A stretch of 64,000 bases of DNA from positions 2,962,265-3,026,264 of the forward strand of contig CM082597.2 of assembly GCA_040954595.2 (NCBI GenBank), read 5' to 3'. Below, one piece after another: positions 18,140 through 31,500 of this stretch. The notes under the pieces were generated by a model. That model was not told the origin of the DNA, made no database searches, and worked only from the letters and a program-made list of their open reading frames with translations. Source of the DNA: Balanoglossus misakiensis. Taxonomy: Eukaryota; Animalia; Hemichordata. Position 1 is the first letter of the stretch. Every line of letters begins with the position of its first letter. Both the position numbers and the translations under genes were made by a program.

Positions 18140-21100
18140 AATATGTCATGTCCCCCTCCCTTTTGTTGTTTTATAACTGACAATATGTCATGTCCTCACC
18201 TAGATGTGTATTATGACTGACAATATAATATCATGCCCCCCTCCCTTTGTTCTTTTATGACTGACAATAAATTGCCAAGACCTCCCCATAGTTCTGTATT
18301 TTGACAATAAAATGTCAATACCTCCCCATAGTTCTGTACTTTGACAAATAAATTGTCAAGACCTCCCCATAGTTCTGTACTGTGACAAATAAAATGTCAA
18401 CCCCTCCCCATAGTTCTGTACTGTGACAAATAAAATGTCAAGACCTCCCCATAGTTCTGTACTTTGACAAATAAAATGTCAACCCCTCCCCATAGTTCTG
18501 TACTTTGACAAATAAATTGTCAAGACCTCCCCATAGTTCTGTACTGTGACAAATAAAATGTCAAGACCTCCCCATAGTTCTGTACTGTGACAAATAAAAT
18601 GTCAAGACCTCCCCATAGTTCTGTACTGTGACAAATAAAATGTCAAGACCTCCCCATAGTTCTGTACTGTGACAAATAAATTGTCAAGATCTCCCCATAG
18701 TTCTGTACTGTGACAAATAAAATGTCAAGACCTCCCCATAGTTCTGTACTGTGACAAATAAATTGTCAAGACCTCCCCATAGTTCTGTACTGTGACAAAT
18801 AAAATGTCAAGACCTCCCCATAGTTCTGTACTGTGACAAATAAATTGTCAAGACCTCCCCATAGTTCATAGTTCTGTACTGTGACAAATAAAATGTCAAG
18901 ACCTCCCCATAGTTCTGTACTGTGACAAATAAAATGTCAAGACCTCCCCTTAGTGCTGTACTGTGACAAATAAAATGTCAAGACCTCCCCTTAGTGCTAT
19001 ACTTTGACAAATAAAATGTCAGGACCTCCCCATAGACAAAAAAAATGCCAAGACCTCCCCATAGTTCTGTACTTTGACAAATAAAATGTCAAGACCTCCC
19101 CATAGTGCTGTACTCTGACAAATAAAATGTCAAGACCTCCCCATAGTTCTGTACTCTGACAAATAAAATGTCAACCCCTCCCCATAGTTCTGTACTGTGA
19201 CAAATAAAATGTCAAGACCTCCCCATAGTTCTGTACTCTGACAAATAAAATGTCAAGACCTCCCCATAGTTCTGTACTGTGACAAATAAATTGTCAAGAC
19301 CTCCCCATAGTTGTGTACTGTGACAAATAAAATGTCAAGACCTCCCCATAGTTCTGTACTGTGACAAATAAAATGTCAAGACCTCCCCATAGTGCTGCAC
19401 TGTGGCAAATAAAATGTCAAGACCTCCCCATAGTGCTGCACTGTGACAAATAAAATGTCAAGACCTCCCCATAGTTCTGTACTGTGACAAATAAATTGTC
19501 AAGACCTCCCCATAGTGCTGCACTGTGGCAAATAAAATGTCAAGACCTCCCCATAGTGCTGCACTGTGACAAATAAATTGTCAAGACCTCCCCATAGTTG
19601 TGTACTGTGACAAATAAATTGTCAAGACCTCCCCATAGTTCTGTACTGTGACAAATAAAATGTCAAGACCTCCCCATAGTTCTGTACTGTGACAAATAAA
19701 ATGTCAAGACCTCCCCATAGTTCTGTACTGTGACAAATAAATTGTCAAGATCTCCCCATAGTTCTGTACTGTGACAAATAAAATGTCAAGACCTCCCCAT
19801 AGTTCTGTACTGTGACAAATAAATTGTCAAGACCTCCCCATAGTTCTGTACTGTGACAAATAAAATGTCAAGACCTCCCCATAGTTCTGTACTGTGACAA
19901 ATAAATTGTCAAGACCTCCCCATAGTTCATAGTTCTGTACTGTGACAAATAAAATGTCAAGACCTCCCCATAGTTCTGTACTGTGACAAATAAAATGTCA
20001 AGACCTCCCCTTAGTGCTGTACTGTGACAAATAAAATGTCAAGACCTCCCCTTAGTGCTTTACTTTGACAAATAAAATGTCAGGACCTCCCCATAGACAA
20101 AAAAAATGCCAAGACCTCCCCATAGTTCTGTACTTTGACAAATAAAATGTCAAGACCTCCCCATAGTGCTGTACTCTGACAAATAAAATGTCAAGACCTC
20201 CCCATAGTTCTGTACTGTGACAAATAAAATGTCAAGACCTCCCCATAGTTCTGTACTTTGACAAATAAAATGTCAACCCCTCCCCATAGTTCTGTACTTT
20301 GACAAATAAATTGTCAAGACCTCCCCATAGTTCTGTACTGTGACAAATAAAATGTCAAGACCTCCCCATAGTTCTGTACTGTGACAAATAAAATGTCAAG
20401 ACCTCCCCATAGTTCTGTACTGTGACAAATAAAATGTCAAGACCTCCCCATAGTTCTGTACTGTGACAAATAAATTGTCAAGATCTCCCCATAGTTCTGT
20501 ACTGTGACAAATAAAATGTCAAGACCTCCCCATAGTTCTGTACTGTGACAAATAAATTGTCAAGACCTCCCCATAGTTCTGTACTGTGACAAATAAAATG
20601 TCAAGACCTCCCCATAGTTCTGTACTGTGACAAATAAATTGTCAAGACCTCCCCATAGTTCATAGTTCTGTACTGTGACAAATAAAATGTCAAGACCTCC
20701 CCATAGTTCTGTACTGTGACAAATAAAATGTCAAGACCTCCCCTTAGTGCTGTACTGTGACAAATAAAATGTCAAGACCTCCCCTTAGTGCTTTACTTTG
20801 ACAAATAAAATGTCAGGACCTCCCCATAGACAAAAAAAATGCCAAGACCTCCCCATAGTTCTGTACTTTGACAAATAAAATGTCAAGACCTCCCCATAGT
20901 GCTGTACTCTGACAAATAAAATGTCAAGACCTCCCCATAGTTCTGTACTCTGACAAATAAAATGTCAACCCCTCCCCATAGTTCTGTACTGTGACAAATA
21001 AAATGTCAAGACCTCCCCATAGTTCTGTACTCTGACAAATAAAATGTCAAGACCTCCCCATAGTTCTGTACTGTGACAAATAAATTGTCAAGACCTCCCC

Positions 21101-24100
21101 ATAGTTGTGTACTGTGACAAATAAAATGTCAAGACCTCCCCATAGTTCTGTACTGTGACAAATAAAATGTCAAGACCTCCCCATAGTGCTGCACTGTGGC
21201 AAATAAAATGTCAAGACCTCCCCATAGTGCTGCACTGTGACAAATAAAATGTCAAGACCTCCCCATAGTTCTGTACTGTGACAAATAAATTGTCAAGACC
21301 TCCCCATAGTGCTGCACTGTGGCAAATAAAATGTCAAGACCTCCCCATAGTGCTGCACTGTGACAAATAAATTGTCAAGACCTCCCCATAGTTGTGTACT
21401 GTGACAAATAAATTGTCAAGACCTCCCCATAGTTCTGTACTGTGACAAATAAAATGTCAAGACCTCCCCATAGTTCTGTACTGTGACAAATAAAATGTCA
21501 AGACCTCCCCATAGTTCTGTACTGTGACAAATAAATTGTCAAGATCTCCCCATAGTTCTGTACTGTGACAAATAAAATGTCAAGACCTCCCCATAGTTCT
21601 GTACTGTGACAAATAAATTGTCAAGACCTCCCCATAGTTCTGTACTGTGACAAATAAAATGTCAAGACCTCCCCATAGTTCTGTACTGTGACAAATAAAT
21701 TGTCAAGACCTCCCCATAGTTCATAGTTCTGTACTGTGACAAATAAAATGTCAAGACCTCCCCATAGTTCTGTACTGTGACAAATAAAATGTCAAGACCT
21801 CCCCTTAGTGCTGTACTGTGACAAATAAAATGTCAAGACCTCCCCTTAGTGCTTTACTTTGACAAATAAAATGTCAGGACCTCCCCATAGACAAAAAAAA
21901 TGCCAAGACCTCCCCATAGTTCTGTACTTTGACAAATAAAATGTCAAGACCTCCCCATAGTGCTGTACTCTGACAAATAAAATGTCAAGACCTCCCCATA
22001 GTTCTGTACTCTGACAAATAAAATGTCAACCCCTCCCCATAGTTCTGTACTGTGACAAATAAAATGTCAAGACCTCCCCATAGTTCTGTACTCTGACAAA
22101 TAAAATGTCAAGACCTCCCCATAGTTCTGTACTGTGACAAATAAATTGTCAAGACCTCCCCATAGTTGTGTACTGTGACAAATAAAATGTCAAGACCTCC
22201 CCATAGTTCTGTACTGTGACAAATAAAATGTCAAGACCTCCCCATAGTGCTGCACTGTGGCAAATAAAATGTCAAGACCTCCCCATAGTGCTGCACTGTG
22301 ACAAATAAAATGTCAAGACCTCCCCATAGTTCTGTACTGTGACAAATAAAATGTCAAGACCTCCCCATAGTGCTGCACTGTGACAAATAAAATGTCAAGA
22401 CCTCCCCATAGTTCTGTACTGTGACAAATAAATTGTCAAGACCTCCCCATAGTTATGTACTGTGACAAATAAATTGTCAAGACTTCCCCATAGTGCTGCA
22501 CTGTGACAAATAAAATGTCAAGACCTCCCCATAGTTCTGTACTGTGACAAATAAAATGTCAAGACTTCCCCATAGTGCTGCACTGTGACAAATAAAATGT
22601 CAAGACCTCCCCATAGTGCTGCACTGTGACAAATAAAATGTCAAGACCTCCCCATAGTTCTGTACTGTGACAAATAAAATGTCAAGACTTCCCCATAGTG
22701 CTGCACTGTGACAAATAAAATGTCAAGACCTCCCCATAGTTCTGTACTGTGACAAATAAAATGTCAAGACCTCCCCATAGTGCTGCACTGTGACAAATAA
22801 AATGTCAAGACCTCCCCATAGTTCTGTACTGTGACAAATAAATTGTCAAGACCTCCCCATAGTTATGTACTGTGACAAATAAATTGTCAAGACTTCCCCA
22901 TAGTGCTGCACTGTGACAAATAAAATGTCAAGACCTCCCCATAGTTCTGTACTGTGACAAATAAAATGTCAAGACTTCCCCATAGTGCTGCACTGTGACA
23001 AATAAAATGTCAAGACCTCCCCATAGTGCTGCACTGTGACAAATAAAATGTCAAGACCTCCCCATAGTTCTGTACTGTGACAAATAAAATGTCAAGACTT
23101 CCCCATAGTGCTGCACTGTGACAAATAAAATGTCAAGACCTCCCCATAGTTCTGTACTGTGACAAATAAAATGTCAAGACCTCCCCATAGTTCTGTACTG
23201 TGACAAATAAAATGTCAAGACCTCCCCATAGTTCTGTACTGTGACAAATAAAATGTCAAGACCTCCCCATAGTTCTGTACTGTGACAAATAAATTGTCAA
23301 GACCTCCCCATAGTTCTGTACTGTGACTGTGACAAATAAAATGTCAAGACCTCCCCATAGTTCTGTACTGTGACAAATAAATTGTCAAGACCTCCCCATA
23401 GTTCTGTACTGTGACAAATAAATTGTCAAGACCTCCCCATAGTTCTGTACTGTGACAAATAAAATGTCAAGACCTCCCCATAGTTCTGTACACTGACAAA
23501 TAAAATGTCAAGACCTCCCCATAGTTCTGTACACTGACAAATAAAATGTCAAGACCTCCCCATAGTTCTGTACTGTGACAAATAAAATGTCAAGACCTCC
23601 CCATAGTTCTGTACACTGACAAATAAAATGCCAAGACCTCCCCACAGTTCTCTACTTTGACAAATAAAATGTCAAGACCTCCCCATAGTTCTGTACTGTG
23701 ACAAATAAAATGTCAAGACCTCCCCATAGTTCTGTACACTGACAAATAAAATGCCAAGACCTCCCCACAGTTCTCTACTTTGACAAATAAAATGTCAAGA
23801 CCTCCCCATAGTTCTGTACTGTGACAAATAAATTGTCAAGATCTCCCCATAGTTCTGTACTGTGACAAATAAAATGTCAAGACTTCCCCATAGTTCTGTA
23901 CTTTGACAAATAAAATGTCAAGACCTCCCCATAGTGCTGTACTTTGACAAATAAAATGTCAAGACCTCCCCATAGTTCTGTACACTGACAAATAAAATGC
24001 CAAGACCTCCCCACAGTTCTCTACTTTGACAAATAAAATGTCAAGACCTCCCCATAGTTCTGTACTGTGACAAATAAATTGTCAAGACCTCCCCATAGTT

Positions 24101-24920
24101 GTGTACTGTGACAAATAAAATGTCAAGACCTCCCCATAGTTCTGTACACTGACAAATAAAATGCCAAGACCTCCCCACAGTTCTCTACTTTGACAAATAA
24201 AATGTCAAGACCTCCCCATAGTTCTGTACACTGACAAATAAAATGCCAAGACCTCCCCACAGTTCTCTACTTTGACAAATAAAATGTCAAGACCTCCCCA
24301 TAGTTCTGTACACTGACAAATAAAATGCCAAGACCTCCCCACAGTTCTCTACTTTGACAAATAAAATGTCAAGACCTCCCCATAGTTCTGTACACTGACA
24401 AATAAAATGCCAAGACCTCCCCACAGTTCTCTACTTTGACAAATAAATTGTCAAGACCTCCCCTAGATCTGTATAATGACTGGCAATATGTCATGCCCTC
24501 CCCTAGTTCTCTTTTATGACTGACAAAATAAAATGTCATGCCCTTCTCTAGTTTTGACTTTGATATACAATAAAATGTCATGCCCTCGCCCAGTTTCGTA
24601 TGCCCCCAAGTTCTGTACTATTCATGTATTAAATAAAATGTTAAGCTCATCCCTCGCCATGTACTTGGTAATATATTATTACTAATAGTAAAATGTCTGC
24701 CAACTCCTTGATTTATGCGATTACGTTGTACTATAATAAAATGCCCTAGTTCTGTAGGTAACTGTAGGCATTGACAATATGTCAGGCCCACCCCAACCTC
24801 TGTAACAAGACTTAATAAAATGTTGTGCCCAACTAGTATTGTAATTTTCTGCCCTGACCTAGTTCTGTCCCACGCTTCCAAACAATTCATGCCCAATCTC
24901 AATAAAATGTCATGTCTAAA
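18140..24920. repeat. 41-bp tandem satellite (~150 well-conserved copies at ~18270-24470, with degenerate monomers on both flanks)
   Basis: Consensus GACAAATAAAATGTCAAGACCTCCCCATAGTTCTGTACTGT repeated head-to-tail with few substitutions; no unique spacers and no ORFs. Confidence 0.98.
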
Positions 24921-24951
24921 ATGGTCACCCCTTGAGACTGATGCGGCATTA

Positions 24952-25470
24952 ACACTAGGACGTGTACTGATCTGAGTGAATAGCCGAAAATAGCCGAGTT
25001 TTGCACCGTACTCCTCACGGGATCTGAGTGAATCAGATCCCGTGAGGAGTACGGTGCCCAGAGTACAAATGTCCCAGTAGAAAACGCCGAGTTTTGCTAC
25101 ATCTCAGCCCCCGCCCGCCAATGTCTAGCTCTGCGTGGCATAGCAAAGGTTTTGCTCTCCGAAAAAATAGCCGAGTTTTGCACCGTACTCCTCACGGGAT
25201 CTGAGTGAATCAGATCCCGTGAGGCGTACGGTGCCCAGAGTACAAATGTCCCAGCAGAAAACGCCGAGTTTTGCTACATCTCAGCCCCCGCCCGCCAATG
25301 TCTAGCTCTGCATGGCATAGCAAAGGTTTTGCTCTCCGAAAAAATAGCCGAGTTTTGCTACATCTGCGTGGCATTTACACTAGGACGTGTACTGATCTGA
25401 GTGAATCAGATCCCGTGAGGAGTACGGTGCCCAGAGTACAAACGTCCCAGTAGAAAACGCCGAGTTTAAA
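24952..25470. repeat. ~177-bp tandem repeat (about 2.5-3 copies) containing a 25-bp-stem palindrome
   Basis: GCACCGTACTCCTCACGGGATCTGA-GTGAA-TCAGATCCCGTGAGGAGTACGGTGC at 25003-25057 (perfect) and 25180-25234 (one mismatch); right arm only at ~25395-25430. Confidence 0.9.
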
Positions 25471-26282
25471 TTGCTAAATCTGAGATCTCCCCCAACGCCC
25501 GCCAAGGTCTTGCTCTCCGAAAAATAGGAGATGTTTCGAAAGAACGAACACGTGCGAGCCGACGATGGTTTTGCTACCGTCGATGAGGCGAATTTACACA
25601 TTACACTAATAATAGTGTCTGCCACGACATCAAACCAAAACTGCCCTTCGCAGTAAATAATGAAAAACACAGATTAAATCGGCGAAGACTTTCAACAACG
25701 TGTCTTCCACACGAGGGGCCATTTTCATCTGAGAGTTTGCATACCAAAGGAGGTCACGCCTTCCAGCCTCGTTCGCGGATTACTTCCTATCGGTGTAGCG
25801 CAGCCAGCGGTGGGATTGGGGCAGGGAACCAGACTATGTAGTACTTTCAATGGAAGAAGCAGAGGAGTCTGGGTAACCGAGACGAGCCCAAGTGACACAA
25901 GCTCCGCCCCAATCATGGAAAATTGACAGTTTCTCTCGCTATAGGATTTCTCGGTCTGAGAAACAGGGAAAAATTGGATTTCCATAGTGTTGTGAAGGGC
26001 ATTGGCCTAGTATTTCCGTCACAATATATATAGAACTGCATGGAAAATTGACAATTGAACTTACAAAAGTCAATAAACAAAAAGGGGAAAAGCCATGACC
26101 TACCAGACATCATACGCCTTTCCACCTAACCATACGGCCTATAACGAGCCTGTTCAGTCATAATAATAATATTTATTTCTTTAAAAACATTAAAATTCTT
26201 AATACTCTCTCTCTCTCTCTCTCTCCCCCCCCCCCCATCATCCATCTATTGCCCACTTGTAGTTGTCACTCGTTTATCAAGT

Positions 26283-27479
26283 ATGTTGCCTCGACCATTC
26301 GCGTTCTACCTATCGATTGTCATTTTGACGGTTACAAGCGCACTTTTTCTGCTACTTACAACCAGAGACCTGTTCGTGAAGAATGACGCCAGCAACGTCC
26401 TTGCGAAGGAGTACCAAAAATTCTTGGAATCTCCGTGGCTTCCGTACGACGAACGGCGACCAAATCGCACCAAATACAAAATTCAACCCTCGGACCTTAG
26501 GAGTTTCTTTTCCAAGAGAAAGTTGAGCAGAGCTCCTGGCATGAGTATTGATAAGATATCGCGAGACTGTCTGCGTACCTTGATGGCTTTTATACACCAG
26601 GGATACACATTCGATATCAAACACGAAGACGGCGTTCTGTCCATCTGTAGGAACGTTCCCTACAATACCCTCAAATCATTAAAGGCCTACCGCTATACAA
26701 CTGCCGTCGTACCGAATATCGCCCACTACGTGTGGTTTGGCGAGCGACCCTTTCGTTTTGATCACCTCATTTCATTGCTGAGTGCTTACAAAGTCATGCG
26801 GGCTGATAGAATACTGTTTCACACGGACAGGGAACCAGGTGGCGAGTACTGGGACGAGGCACGGGGAACGATTCCCGTTCTCGAAGTCGTTCACAGAGAC
26901 CAGCCGACGAGTATTTTCGCCTACGCGATACCGAAGTCAAATTTACAACTTAAATCGCACATAGCGAGGCTGGAAGTTCTCCTGGAATACGGCGGTGTCT
27001 TCTTAGACAGTGACGTCATCGTTCTCCGGCCTCTAGAACCGCTACGTCACTACAACTTCGTCATGGGCAGCGACGACCAATCCCAACTCAGCAATGGCGT
27101 CATCATCGCGCACAACGAATCGAGGTTTTTGAAGAGGTATCACCGCGGTTTCGTGTACTACCGAGGGGCCTGCCTACACTGTAACACCGTTCTATTTCCA
27201 ACTGCCCTCGCAATCCAGTTCCCGGATGTCATCCACGTCGAGAACACATCCATTCTGTCGCCGAATGTGGCCGAAATGACGGATATTTTCCAAGGCCATT
27301 ATAACTGGTTCGACGGCCATTACACTGTGCAGACCTTCGTGGACAAGTTTTACGACTTACCTGGAAATCTTGGCCAGGAAGCCAATTACAACGCCCAGAA
27401 TATCAAAGATCTAGACACATCTTTCGGTGAAATGTGTCGATTTGTGTATTATGGCGATACAGAGTTCGGATTATCGTAG
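26283..27479 (+). CDS. Glycosyltransferase family 32 (DxD sugar-binding; A4GALT/A4GNT-related) type II membrane protein, single coding exon, 398 aa
   Basis: Uninterrupted ORF with N-terminal signal-anchor (FAFYLSIVILTVTSALFLLL), VPNIAHYVWFG, SHIARLEVLLEYGGVFLDSD (GT32 R..L..YGG.Y/FxDxD signature) and SNGVII; polypyrimidine tract plus AG acceptor just upstream (~26205-26262). Confidence 0.9.
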   Translation: MLPRPFAFYLSIVILTVTSALFLLLTTRDLFVKNDASNVLAKEYQKFLESPWLPYDERRPNRTKYKIQPSDLRSFFSKRKLSRAPGMSIDKISRDCLRTLMAFIHQGYTFDIKHEDGVLSICRNVPYNTLKSLKAYRYTTAVVPNIAHYVWFGERPFRFDHLISLLSAYKVMRADRILFHTDREPGGEYWDEARGTIPVLEVVHRDQPTSIFAYAIPKSNLQLKSHIARLEVLLEYGGVFLDSDVIVLRPLEPLRHYNFVMGSDDQSQLSNGVIIAHNESRFLKRYHRGFVYYRGACLHCNTVLFPTALAIQFPDVIHVENTSILSPNVAEMTDIFQGHYNWFDGHYTVQTFVDKFYDLPGNLGQEANYNAQNIKDLDTSFGEMCRFVYYGDTEFGLS

Positions 27480-28502
27480 TACACCCTCTGGTAAAAGGGT
27501 TCAAAGTAAGCGATAATGATGTAAACCGGTACTGGGTTTGAATCGATTCATACGCATGTAGAAAAAATACTGCTTTTTGATGTTTGCGTCTTTTTACTGA
27601 GTGTAGTATTGACAACAGCAACAAAAAGAAAATACAGAAAAAATCATTTTATTGTCATAACTTTTCAGCAGACTACAATCCCTCAAATCTAGCCCACAAA
27701 ATTCATGAGAAGTTAATTGATAAAAAGTTTCTAACTACATAAGTAATTTTCGAAATTATCTGCACCGCAAGTGGCCTGCGCAATCAACTGTGTGCAGAGC
27801 CTATATTAAAACACTTCTTTTATTTTGGAGATCAAGTAAACCACTACAAGTATTTTGTTCCTGTAAATTCGGGTACCTAAAACACCAACAGAAAATACAA
27901 TCTATATGTATTCAATAATCTCTTTAAAAATTCACATATCACCTGCTTTAGCCTACTACTCATTAATGATATACCGACTTAATTTATAACAATTAATGTA
28001 GTGAACAATCTACCGCAAAGGTCAGACTTTGACCAGAAAAAAATATGTTCAATACAAATGTATCTTTTCGCTACAGATTATATCTTCACTGATTGGTGAA
28101 AGTAGATTGATCAAATCCTTGGATAAAATAAATAAACATGAAAATGTTAATGCTGGTATTTACATTTCTAGTTCCCTATTTCGACATGGTCGTTTCAGTT
28201 TTGTACCGTCTTCGGTGCTCAAATTCAGGCTACCAAACGTTAAGGAAAAGGGTTGAAAAAAACTCACGGCCCGCAAATGTGAGTTATGGGTGGATGGACA
28301 CTTGGGATGGGAGTTCAGGCTCCATGTTTCCAGAGACGGGTCAACCATTGCAGGCTCCTGAGGTCTTCATCTCCTCAAAAGCTGGGTGAGTGTCTGTATT
28401 CATGGAAACACTGTCACAGGTCTATCACTGGCGGGGCTCGAAGACGCGCAAATACCGGTGTGCAAATTAGAAACTCCCCAGGAATCAAGGCCCGTCAAAT
28501 CG

Positions 28503-31500
28503 TCACACCCACGCGGCCTCGGTTGTGGACAACTTTTCCTCTTGTTTGTATTCTGGTGAAAGGCCATGGTCTGTGTCGAGAACGTCTTCAATTGTCTACA
28601 AGAACAATAAAATAATTCTAGCTTTAGCAACAAAAATCTCCAACCGAATGTGTGTCTTGAAAGTAGCGAGATTGTCATACACGTCAACATTTACTCTGCA
28701 AGATACTCTCGTTTTTTATACACCTTATTGACCTTGCCATAGTTGTCTGTTAGTAAATTATTGTTAGTAATGAAAGTTATTGGGAAGGAAGGTTTCTATA
28801 CATAAACACAAAGTTTTGATTCAGGTTAGAGCAATGAGGGTTGCACGCAACTGCATCATGTTTTTTTTTCTATTTATTCAAAGCAAATTTGGCATTTCCA
28901 GTGGACAACAAAATACCAGAAACCATCGCAACATACCTCCTTCAGTTTTCGGAGGTGTTTCTTCGCCCGCTGTCGAATTTTCCTAAAACAGAACAGTCAC
29001 ACAACAAACACACGTTAATTTACAAGTTGCCTTCTGTTTTCTGTATCCACAGATACGTATAGTGCTGGTGGGTCAAACTGTCCACGAGGTCAAAGTTTAA
29101 AGGTCATTAGCTTAGTTTAGTGTGGTGCATTTTAATTAATTATTTATAAGGGTGCCGTGCAAGGTATAGCGAATTGAAATAAGCGCATACTAGGTAACAC
29201 AGATGCCTAGGGACTTTTGCTTCTGCGTAGTGTGATAAAATACATTGCACTTAAGAGAGACATTGTGTTTTCTGAGCTTCACTTCCACCAATGGTAAAAC
29301 CATTATCTCGCCGAAATTTATGAACAAATGTGGCTTGTTGTCAGGGTTCGATGAAAGAACAGTACAGTTGGAAATTTGGGTAGTTAGTAAATTTTAATCG
29401 GTGGAAGGGGAGGGAGGGGTCGTCGGCAATGCACATCATGGAAATGGAAATGGAAATGATATCTTTTCCCGACTTAAATATGTCCGTAGACTACATCATC
29501 TCACTCATTCCACCCACAGGCATCGATAATATACCTGTCTGTCATCTGTAAGACCCACAGCGGCGAATGATGTCACTTTACAAGACATTTTAGAGATGCA
29601 TTATTCCCCCCCCCCCTCAAATTACTCAAGAATCTCATATTTCCTTACTAAAAACAATTAAGCCAGAATGACAACACAAAAGGTGGAAGAACAATACCTT
29701 CGTCGACTTAACCTTGTTTGGCTTTGCATATATCGGCTCCATTGCTATTTCATTTGCATTTTCTTCAATCTTTTTCGTCTCGTCCACGTTGACCTCCACA
29801 CTTTTTTCCCCTTTTGTATCTGGAATAGTTGATATGAATGGTTTAGATTGTGATACAAAGCCAGGATGCATGCAGTCATAAATACATACATACATACATA
29901 CATACATACATACATACATACATACATACATACATACATACATACATACATACATACATACATACATGCATACATACATACATAATGTTAATAGACAACA
30001 AATATTTCTATACGAATACCTGTACCATCAGGCGAAGTCCTCGACACTCCATTGTTTTCAATTCCTTCGTTTTCGACTGTTGTGAACTCAGACACCAAAG
30101 TCCTGCAAAGTTCAATTCACTTTCGATTACTTATCTGTCTGAGTTGTAAAATGTCATTGCGATGGAATGTCATATAAATACCGCAAGATAGTCTGCCTGA
30201 GTTTTAGTACATACAAAAATGAGTATGCTATGTACATGTACTGCTTTGCATCTGTGTAACACAGCCGAAAGAAGTAGTGTGTACGTTCACCCCATGATTA
30301 CCACATTTACTTTGACTTACGTTTTCGTATTCTCTTCATCAGCGGCGCCTGGAACAACAGAGGTATATAAAAGCGTAATGCAGATCACTGTTAATTGTAC
30401 AATACACTACGCTATAATACAAATACTATACAGTACAGTACTTAATGGAACACATCAAATACAATACAGTACACAACCCAACAATAAACGATAACAGTTC
30501 AAGACAACACAGCAAAATACAAAACAATGCAATGCAATAAATACGAAATATAATGTAGATACATTGACACATGTTTTTACAACGACCGACAGCACAGTCC
30601 TCCACTGAAACCAAACCAAAACAACACAGCAACATCGCATCACAACTGAACTCACCTCCAGGGACGCCATCTTTTTCGGAGCGTGGTCGGCAGCAACAGA
30701 GTATAGACACAATGACGAGAACAGTTATCACCACGATGACAGCAATGGCGATTCCGGCGATGGCACCATCTTCCAGGCCAGACTTTTCTTCAGCTGTTAA
30801 GGAGCAAGTGGTAAAGTAAACCCAAGGGTATAAGATTTTAGCATTTGGAACTTGTGAACATTTGACTGTCCTTGTATACATTATCAGTTTGTTTGATTGT
30901 ACATGTACCACTTACAATGAAAATCGTTTCAACTGCACAGGTTGAATGTACTGACCACTGAAGAAACACTGTCGGGTTTTGCCATTCAATGTGACAATGG
31001 AAAGTCACATGTGGTCTGTGATGACTTACGCGGTAATTCGGCGACCTCAATACCGTGAACGTCTCGCCCGAGGTTGTTCGAAGCCTCGCACACATAAGTC
31101 CCGAACATGTCTTCGGAGACACTCGGTATCGCCAGGGTGCTGGTGACTGTGTTGCCGTCCGTCGAGTCCGAGGCTGCCATTTCCGCGCCTGACGGACTGG
31201 TCCACGTGATGGTCGGCCGTGGACTTGCATCAGCGATGCATACTAGTTCGGCTGGTGCGTTCAGAGCAACTTGTATTTTCTCGGTAGCTTTGTTGACGAT
31301 CGCCGGAGGATCTAGAAAAATAGCGAGATTGTAATTCCACCACTGTCCATACACAAGACACTATACATGTATTAAGATAGAGTAAAGCAAACCTCAAAGC
31401 ATACATAGTTTGTACAAAAACTAACGCAGTTTCACACCTGTATATATACATGTATGTACACGCAAGGGACACAGAACGCTGTGAATTCCACAATGTACAG

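Noticed and set aside
17916-18176. His-rich ORF
   Set aside because: Derived from a low-complexity (CAC/CAT)n tract next to the satellite; no other support.
18270-24470. CRISPR-like regularly spaced, partly palindromic repeat
   Set aside because: Monomers are contiguous with no unique spacers, there are no cas genes, and the context is eukaryotic; it is a satellite.
29635-30149. ORFs with MYVC/HTYI repeats, also the poly-M and poly-S ORFs at 45293-45758
   Set aside because: Translations of intronic microsatellites.
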